A DNA stretch of 64,000 bases from Laetmonice hystrix (Eukaryota), in contig OZ249442.1 of assembly GCA_965235115.1 (NCBI GenBank), forward strand, positions 8,556,001 through 8,620,000, read 5' to 3'. A program made the position numbers and the translations under genes. This document shows positions 12,601-21,300 of the stretch, piece by piece; position 1 is the first letter of the stretch, and each line of letters starts with the position of its first letter. A model generated the notes under the pieces. The model had not been told where the DNA came from and did not search any database. It saw only the letters and a list, made by a program, of their open reading frames with translations.

Positions 12601-15600
12601 TTTCAACGTGTTTTCCCCCCTCAACAGTACTTTATGTTTATTGTGGTTTCCGTCTATTTTCTTTATACAGGGAAGGATGGAAAGGATGGCTTTAATTGAT
12701 GAACCTTGCCACGTGGGGGCGCTGAGTAAGATGATGATATATACATAATGTTATGCCTTGGCCTACATACATTAAGAGTACACACATAGGGACAGGCATT
12801 AGGCCTACATTAGCAGCCTGCATTAGTACATGCATTAGCGTGGTCGGCTTACATTAGGTCCCATTATCATATAATGATATAGGCCTCCGGACTGTTACCC
12901 ATTCAATTGTCCAGGGACCTACGGCCCAGTATAGGCCATAACGAGATTTTTTATTGCAGGAGCATCAACCTTGGATCGCTTTACCCAGACAGATGGTCCA
13001 GACACCTCTGACCAACTGATCCAGACAGATGGTCCTGACACCTCAGTCCAACTAATCCATCCTACAGATGGACCTGATATCTCAGTCCAGCTGGTCCATA
13101 CAGATGGACCAGACACATTGGACAAGCTCGTCCATACAGATGAACCTGACACCTCAAACCAACTCCTCCATACAGATGGATCCGACACCTCGGACCAACT
13201 CCTCCAGACAGATGGACACGACACCTCAGACCAACACATCCATACAGATGGACCCGACACCTCGGACCCACTCGTCCAGACAGAGGGACCCGACACCTCA
13301 GACCAACTACCCCATACAGATGGACCTGACACCTTGGACCAAGTCATCCAGACAGATGGACACGACACCTCAGACCAGCTCGCCCAAACAGATGGACACG
13401 CCACCTTGGACCAACTCATCCAGACAGATGGACACGACACCTCAGACCAACATGTCCAAACGGAGGACCCAGCTATTGTGACACAAACCATCTTGCACTC
13501 AATGACCCTTGAACAGCTGGTAAAGAAAGACCTTCAGGACGCGACGTCAGACATCCGGGACATCATCGATCCAGACGCCATCTTGGACGTAGGTGTTTGT
13601 AAAACTATACTCAACGCGTCGGAAACGGAACGAGTCAAGGTGAGGACTCAATCTAATTAAAATTAGATCTTAGTTATTTCGCATGGGCTCCATACTAGGA
13701 TCTAACGGCATCCCGTATGGGGTCACCTCAGGCTGCCCTTTGACCCAGATTCAAGTGTGCCGTTGAAAATGCCTACGAGCGCACACCGAAGATTTCGTAG
13801 GCGGCTCGCTGATTGGCTGAATCCCGAGGTCAACCTGAGGTGACCCCTAATGGGATGTCCTTAGATCTAGGTATGGAGAGCAGACAGAACTGACACAGCC
13901 GAGAGAGACGCGGAATACCAAGATCTAACTTTAATTAGATTGGGTGAGGACTGGTATGAAAAACTTTACAACACTTGAGGGCGGAGGGTTTGTCTGATTA
14001 GGTGTTCCCCCCCCCCCATGTCCTAAGTCCCTCCAAAATTACAAGACCAGCACATTTCTATGCACGCACACCACAGCATTTTTTGAGGTCTCGGATTAAA
14101 AAATAACTCTGTCTGTAGGCCGGTGTATATTGAAATGTCTCTGTCATAGTAGGTTCCTTCACAGATATGATTGGACCTAAGTCATGTAAACCTATTCATG
14201 ATATTACTGTACCTAAGTCATGTAGACCTATCCATGATATGATTGGTTCTAAGTCATGTTGACCTATTCATGATATGATTGGTCCTAAGTCATGTAGACC
14301 TATCCATGATATGATTGGTTCTAAGTCATGTTGACCTATCCATGATATGATTGGTCCTAAGTCATGTTGACCTATCCATGATATGATTGGTTCTAAGTCA
14401 TGTTGACCTATTCATGATATGATTGGTCCAAAGTCATGTTGACCTATCCATGATATGATTGGTCCTAAGTCATGTTGACCTATCCATGATATGATTGGTC
14501 CTAAGTCATGTTGATCTATCCATGATATGATTGGTCCTAAGTCATGTTGACCTATCCATGATATGATTGGTTCTAAGTCATGTTGACCTATCCATGATAT
14601 GATTGGTCCTAAGTCATGTAGACCAATCAATGATATGATTGGTCCTAAGTTATATGAACCAATTACTCTTTTTCCAGCGAGAGCCAGACAGGTCCTTACG
14701 GGAGAGGAACCTCCGGCTGCTTGAGTTCGTCCAGCAGAAACCACTCGACCAGTTGTACGGCTTCCTGGAGGTGCTCCGGTCGAGCGGACAGATGCAGGTC
14801 CTCCAACGGCTTGGATACTCAGTCAGAAGTAAGTCCAAGCTGGACCACATGGTTGTATAGGTGTAACGGGGTCTCTATATCCATTCATTTTACACTCAGT
14901 GAGCAGTCAGTCCAAGCTGGACCACATGGTTGTATAGGTGTAACGGGGTCTCTATATCCATTCATTTTACACTCAGTGAGCAGTCAGTCCAAGCTGGACC
15001 ACATGGTTGTATAGGTGTAACGAGGTCTCTATATCCATTCATTTTACACTCAGTCAGCAGTAAGTCCAAGCTGGACCACATGGTTGTATAGGTGTAACGG
15101 AGTCTCTATATCCATTCATTTTACACTCAGTGAGCAGTCAGTCCAAGCTGGACCACATGGTTGTATAGGTGTAACGAGGTCTCTATATCCATTCATTTTA
15201 CACTCAGTGAGAAGTCAGTCCAAGCTTTTGTACCACAGACCCCAAATAACCAGACGATATCATATTCCAAATATTATGACATTGGGGTAGAAATTATAGA
15301 AGTTACAGTCAAGAAAAGGATGTTCCAAATTTTTTTGGCCCATCCGATATATTGTATGCGGCCATAATGGATACAAAATCGTTATTTTGATATTTCACTT
15401 AGACACAACCTTTTGTCTGCATTAGACACAGTCACTATAGTAAGGCGCTTGTAAAAACAATTCCTGATCCTTTTCATCATTTTGTTATTTGGACAGAATT
15501 GGCCATACGCACAGCTCAGAGTTGCACAGCCCGGGGACATGTGACAACAACTACGGAATACTACAAGGCTCAGCGATCTCAGTACGAAGGTTTCGATAAA

Positions 15601-16962
15601 GAACTGGTTGCGGAAGGCGTCAAGTTCCCCGTCCATTCTCAATTCATCGAGTCCTACTCACCGGTCATCAAAGATCAACTGTCAAAGGTTAAGGGCCACA
15701 GAGTGGGACTTAAGAACACGTCGGCGGTAGGACTTGGTATAATGTTGGATGTATTGTACACCGGTGTACTCAACATGACACCTGAAGATGTTCGTACCGT
15801 CCGCCAGGTGGCCACAATGTTCACTGTTGAAGGATTCGAAGAAACGTTTCGAGTGGCAGCGAGACAAGCTCGGGTTGAACAGATAAACGAGCTGATTGCA
15901 GAACTTAAACTGACTGATCGTGTCATGTTACCTAAGGGACCCCTTGACGTCGGGGAGGTGTTGGTGGAGAGGGCAGTGTCTAAACTAGGTCTCGGTAAGC
16001 GGACAGATGTGGTCCTGGCGACCCGCTGTGTGGCTGTGGTCGGGGGTTGTGTTGGGGTAGGTAATAATAGTGGTCCAATCCCCGCCATGATGGTCGCCCC
16101 ACTGTCCCCAGACGGCCGGCTTCAGCCGTGGGTCACTTTAACCACACCCCTACAAGTCAGAACTGTAAGTTCTCAAGCTGTGTCCTTTGGCCCGTACCTG
16201 ATTATCATAGGTGGGGAAGATAAACTCAATAGTTGCCAGGTAAGAAAGGGTGTGTGGCTGTTATCGTTCCTGACGTCCACGTGGCACCAACTGCCACCCA
16301 TGACCACTGCCCGGAAATGGTTCAGTGTTTCCACCTTGCCGAGTGGGCCGGCTGTGCTGGCCGTCGGGGGATATGACGGATCCCTACCCCTCTCGTCATG
16401 TGAGCGGTTGGACCTGGTGTCCCTCACATGGACGCCGGTGGCCGCCATGCCTCACCTACGGGCCGGCCATGCTGCCGCTGTGTGTGGAGAGATGGTGTAC
16501 GTCACCGGTGGCTGGGTGCGGGGTGAGAGTAGCAGCACCAGTGTGTGTACGTATGACGAGGTGCGGGGGGAGTGGACCACAGCTCCGTCCATGATAAACC
16601 GCCGTGTGCACCACACAGCGGGGTCCGTGCCGGGTCGGGTGGTGGTGTGTGGGGGGAGGGACGCGGTGGAGGTGCTGCCCGTGGAGGTGTTTGACACGGT
16701 CACACAGCAGTGGTCAGAGCTGACCACACTGTCACGGGGTTACACACTGGCAGGGTCCGTGGTCGTGGGTAACACGCTCTATGTGGTCGGAGGGAGTTAC
16801 TGGAAGGAAGGCAGGACGTTTGACACCACACGTGACGTGACAGTGGTTGACATGGTGACGGGTCAGGTCACTGTGACTGATGACGTCACACTCCCGGCTG
16901 TAGCCAATTTTTCCACAGTCTGTGTCACAGATGTACCGACGTCACAGTTCCTCGGTATCTAA
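9647..16962 (+). CDS. CARD-CARD-BTB-Kelch protein of about 928 aa (8 coding exons)
   Basis: Exons 9647-9682, 9809-9973, 10341-10479, 12046-12140, 12671-12725, 12960-13639, 14678-14828, 15497-16962. All are GT-AG with matching phases (0,0,1,0,1,0,1). Total 2787 nt = 929 codons with no internal stop. Kozak context acaATGG. Domain calls are motif recognition by eye. Confidence 0.75.
9809..9973 (+). CDS. Exon 2: CARD1 N-half (..RQRLMSSRVALVENLWINDEFLNHLQKEEVLNISLSGEVK)
   Basis: Long pyrimidine tract + CAG acceptor, donor AAG|GTAACT, CARD helix 1-3 pattern. Confidence 0.8.
10341..10479 (+). CDS. Exon 3: CARD1 C-half (..SSLFFDLISRRSMWHYGKLIDSLMATGREHVASLL)
   Basis: TTTCAG acceptor, donor G|GTAAGT phase 1, CARD helix 4-6 pattern. 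Confidence 0.8.
12046..12140 (+). CDS. Exon 4 (ILPDDFRMFEQLLPKMADLGVLSGDEVSELQ)
   Basis: TTCTTACAG acceptor phase 1, donor CAG|GTGAGT. Confidence 0.65.
12671..12725 (+). CDS. Exon 5 (GRMERMALIDEPCHVGAL)
   Basis: TTTATACAG acceptor, donor A|GTAAGA, phases 0/1 fit both neighbours. Confidence 0.6.
12960..13639 (+). CDS. Exon 6: 14 x 12-aa repeats (SDQLIQTDGPDT) plus CARD2 N-half
   Basis: TTTTATTGCAG acceptor, ORF 12971-13660, donor AAG|GTGAGG. Confidence 0.8.
13649..13942. mobile_element. Mutator-like (MULE) MITE, 294 bp, 10-bp TSD GGTGAGGACT
   Basis: TIR CAATCTAATTAAAATTAGATCTT / AAGATCTAACTTTAATTAGATTG, further internal inverted arms, identical 10-mers at 13639-13648 and 13943-13952. Confidence 0.85.
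14165..14652. repeat. 35-bp minisatellite, about 14 copies, ending about 25 nt before the exon-7 acceptor
   Basis: Unit CATGATATGATTGGTCCTAAGTCATGTTGACCTAT(C). Confidence 0.95.
14678..14828 (+). CDS. Exon 7: CARD2 C-half (REPDRSLRERNLRLLEFVQQKPLDQLYGFLEVLRSSGQMQVLQRL)
   Basis: CTTTTTCCAG acceptor, donor A|GTAAGT phase 1, CARD helix 4-6 pattern. Confidence 0.8.
14817..15225 (+). repeat. 77-bp tandem repeat (about 5.3 units) containing the exon-7 end and donor
   Basis: TCCAAGCT recurs at 14834, 14911, 14988, 15065, 15142, 15219. Confidence 0.95.
15497..16962 (+). CDS. Exon 8: intronless BTB/POZ plus six Kelch repeats
   Basis: ORF 15499-16962. BTB-like LVAEGVKFPVH...IMLDVLYTGVLNMTPEDVRTV. Six Kelch GG motifs (VVGG, IIGG, AVGG, VTGG, VCGG, VVGG) with W-x-x-x-x-x-M linkers. 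GACAG acceptor, phase 1. Confidence 0.92.
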
Positions 16963-17039
16963 GTTATCATGTATTTCTAGCTAGCTAGCTCGGGTTTAAA
17001 CCTAATTAGATAGATTAGAAAGATGATTTACCTTTGTCT

Positions 17040-17155
17040 GCCCTACCACATTGACCAGGCCTACCTTTGTCGTCATACCACATTGACCAGGCCTACTTTT
17101 GTCATCATACCACATTGACCAGGCCTACCTTTGTCGTCATACCACATTGACCAAG
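17040..17155. repeat. 34-bp repeat x3 in the putative 3' UTR
   Basis: CCACATTGACCAGGCCTACCTTTGTCGTCATA repeated. Confidence 0.85.
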
Positions 17156-18208
17156 ACTTGTTGATTTTGTATATAAGATTGATGACTTATAAGATAAAGG
17201 GTTGTTTTGTTGTGTGAACCTATATAACACAATCACTGTAGTAGTACTGATCAAACCCATCATAGCGTGGGTCGTATCGGCAAGCAGTTGTTGAGCCAGA
17301 AATACAATTTGATACAAGGTCTATATGGCATCAATCAATCCACCAAAAAATGTAAGCGACAAGAAGTTTGTTTACTGTATAAAATATTCTCATTATGAAC
17401 AATACAAGGACTGGTATTATGCCAATCGTAACCCACAACTTGGTGTTTAATTTTCTTAATGTGTTTGTAAAGTATTTTCGTGTTTCGTCAGGTAATATCT
17501 TGTCTTCATTGCAAGTGGTTTTGCCTTCACATTTTTTATTGCCAAGTTCGTTCACTATTCGCCGTAAAGGAATGCGAAATCTTCGATATTTAATGAAAAC
17601 TGAAGAAAACCTATCGGGATTTCCTTGGATATAGCAAATAACACATGCTTGTCCCTTATGGGCCGCTGTAGTTATCCCTTTCCAGGCACATTCCTGTATG
17701 GTGGGGAAACGTCCGGAGGGGGAAAGGGGGAGGGGGGAGTTCCGCGTGGGCAAAAGGCCTAGTAGGATAAAGTCCTCGGTGGGGAGAGGGGGGGGGGTCG
17801 GCAAGGGGAAGCCCTCGGGGGGCCCAAGAGGAAGTCCTGGGGGGGGGGGGGGGTAAATTCCTCGGGGGATATGTCCTTGGTCCTTTTGCTGACACGTCAA
17901 TCTTCGCCGCAAGGGGGCGCGCCCTGTCTGCAGGAAATCGCGAGTCCGTTCAGCAGTCCGTGCAAGCAACTTTCCATATCACTTCCTAAACGACTGGGCG
18001 TTTCGCGCTGCGATAAATGGTTCCCACTTGCGCGGAAAACGCACGCGGTCATCGCTGGCTGTTTGCAAAATGGCAAAATGCAAAATACAATATGCCATCC
18101 TGTTTCTGTGCATCTTTATACAGGGGACATAGTTTGTCGTATACAGGCAGGGATTCTTCTTGGTTTCTACTATCAACCGCGACGTCAAATCGCGGAGTAA
18201 AATGTCCA

Positions 18209-18386
18209 GGCCCCAGTTTTTAGTTTGCAAACCGAGTCTTAAGATTCAAATCTTAAGTCTGAACTTTTGTTTCAGAGCTTCTGATTGGTCCTTCAAATGA
18301 AGTCAGCCAATGAGGGACCATAACACAAGTCAGTCTTAAAATTCTAGTCTTAAGATTGGTAAAATGACGAACTAAAAACCGGGCCC
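18209..18386. mobile_element. Short TIR MITE (Harbinger-like ends)
   Basis: GGCCCCAGTTTTTAGTT ... AACTAAAAACCGGGCC with internal inverted CTTAAG motifs. Confidence 0.6.
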
Positions 18387-21300
18387 AGGTGTGTGGAGGC
18401 CTTAGCATGTGACGTTCACGTGATCAAACGTCGGCGCCAAATTTAAAAATGAAAATTTGTGCGTGCGTGATAAATGTCTGCGGCAAAATAATCGCATCGC
18501 AAGAGCGCCGCCAGCAAGCAAATCCAGTGAACAAGGCCCTTAAAGGGCAAATGCCACTGTAATTTCTGAATTTCTTTGTAACTGTCAGAAGGCCTATAGC
18601 TTCTCGCCACGATCACTATCTAGAGGGCATCATAAACCAACGAATCCACACAGGTTATTCACACAGCCGGAACGCCAAGCGCGTCCGACCCACAATCTGA
18701 AGGTTGCGGGTACACTCACCAGGTGGCGCCAATTATTCTGTTATTCGTTCGTTGTTTTCCTCCGAGCCCTCCGGGCTCTCCGCTCGGGGGTATACGCCAG
18801 CCAAAAAGACGTGTGGGATTGCTCCACAGCTGTCGAAGGGTAGGAGGGGCCAAGACGGGGCCTTTGGGGTTGGACTTCTTCTGTATCTTTCCTCTATGAT
18901 GTAGTCCTAGGGGCTCGGACAGTTCGTAGGTGGATGTGGAAGCTCTCAGGGCTCTCGGAGCCTCTCATCATTATATATCTGGACCTTAAAGAGGGTGTCT
19001 TGCCTCACCCCAATCGACACATAGGGCGACCTTCAGGATCGGCAGGGTTACTGGTACAACTTTCTATTATACCCATTCCATACTATCATCTATAGTTTCT
19101 TTGATCAAAGAAAAATAGCCCAAGAAAAACAGGCCAGGCCCTTTAACAGTCAAACTATTTCATCACAGGGTGCAGGGCATTCGGGATTCCCTCGGGCATA
19201 TGACGTCACTTCCTGCTATTCGAATATACCCTCGGGTGGATTAGCGGCCATGTTTGGCAACCGGATACATGGCCAAATGGAGGTGTGTAGCGAGGCACTG
19301 AGTGAACCGTCATATCCCATCGAGCCAGGAAGTAGTACATTATTGACATCTGCTGCTTCGGCGTTGTATGTGCAAATATAAATTTCTGGTATGAAGGGGA
19401 ACGTTTGACGAAGAAAAATGAATCACCTAATTTACCTAAATGGGCGTCAATATGGTAATTTATCAAATTATGGGAAGCAATATGGCCGCGCCCATGAACG
19501 ACAACTGGACGACACATGGTAGGACTACTTGTAATTTAAGTTGTATCGTGAACATGATACTATCGTAATATTGCCCACTGACTGCGGGGAAAGCACTGTA
19601 GGCCTATTTTAGTTGCTTCCATGCCTGATGCAGACAAAATACTGCAAGCACTGCCATGCTGTCGAGAGTCCCGGCTAAATGTACCCGCGATGCAATGCTC
19701 AAAATGGTGCCTATTTCACCCGAGGCTACTTTCGAAGATATGGCCGAGGGAATCCCGAATGGGTGCAGGGCTACTAACTCCCACATCCGGGTGCACCCCC
19801 TAACACCCAGAAGTGGGTGAAGGCAAAGAGTGCGTGAAGGGTTGAACACGTGGCCTTGTAACCCATGGCAACCGATCAATAGCAGTTCGGCCTTATTCCT
19901 GGTCACACTGTCAAACTGGAAACCGAGTACGTAGGCAACGTGCCCTTTTAATAGTTACCCTTAGAAAATACCGGTTATTGCAGAACTAGACATTTTTCAT
20001 GTCAATCGGTGTACTACATAACGCGAACGATTCCCATTAGTCCTGTTGAATAAAACATGAGGGGCTTTGTCAAGTTCCAGGATGATGCACGGATCATCTC
20101 TCCATATGGGAGCGTGACTTTACCGAGTAATATGTGTCCATAGAATACTCAGTCGGTCGCACGTAACATTACATAGAGAATGAACATTTGGGTTTATGTG
20201 GACCTGTATACTGTGGCTCTGCCTCCTAACGACGATCTATGGAGTGGCAAACCTCAATAATCTTTTTAATAATATATAACCTTACCACATCCTCTGCTGA
20301 AATATTGGAGGCGCGCTCGTGACCCCTCCCACTTATGGTCGAATGCACTGTTAGGGTTGTGTCATCATGATCGGGGGCGTAGACAGTTGTCTCAGTGCTT
20401 AAACCGGAACGCCTGTCTGAAAAGGTGTGCTGGCATCCCAACAAAAGGAGTATATGTCAGCATGCATGAGCCCCCCCCCCCCTATATTGGACTCTCTTGA
20501 AAAATGGCATGAATCCATCATGTGGTACGCCTAACCATGCATGCATGCTGCCGTAATTTTGCCACCCCCCCCCCCCCCCCAAAAAAAAAAGGCAAACTAA
20601 TGTCTGCACAGAGGAGTTTGCAGGAAAATTGGAATCGGTCATTCCGCCACACTGATTGCCCTGGCTTCTCCGCCCCCGGTCGAAGGGGAAAGCAATTACA
20701 GCATGATCAATATGCTGATATAGGTTCACAATACGGGACCCCCATAATACCACAATGACTACCACATCCTGAATGCCGGCTGCGCTTGGGCCGCAGACGA
20801 ACAAGAGTTCATCAATCCACCTAGCCGTTCACTCAATGTGCACATCACCAACCAGGTGCGTTCCAACCTTTTTCTCCTACGGGACAGATAATTATAGATC
20901 TGTGTTTGCACAGAAATCCGAACGAAACCCACTGATGATCATTGGTTGATGAGTGGATGAAAAAGGTGGACCTTTGACAATGACAGGTAGGCAGAAACGT
21001 CTGTCGGAGGAAGAGCCTGTCGTCTGCTCGGAGCGAACAGGCGGCGCACAATGTGAGCGCAACGTTAGTACGCTTCACACTTTGTACCGGAACAAACGCA
21101 CTCCTTAATGAGACTGCAGCACGAACCGTCTCTTGTCTCTCATGTACACATAGCCAGCTGGGCAGGACGCTGAACGTACACTTATATCTTTACCGGTATA
21201 TTATTCCTAAAATAATAAGGGGCTGGAATTCCGCGAAAGATCTCTGGCAAATCCGCGAATATACATTCAGGCCCTATTTACTTCCAACGGGAATATCATG

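Noticed and set aside
12919-13491. 190-aa minus-strand ORF and other overlapping ORFs
   Set aside because: Antisense or alternate-frame shadows of the coding 36-nt repeat.
15499-16962. Stand-alone Kelch-like gene starting at TTG 15499
   Set aside because: It has no ATG in good context at the start. An AG acceptor at 15495-15496 and a phase match to exon 7 make it a terminal exon.
20740-20836. Plus-strand exon-like YHNDYHILNAGCAWAADEQEFINPPSRSLNVHITNQ|GTGCGT
   Set aside because: There is an in-frame TAA just upstream, no clear acceptor and no recognisable homology.
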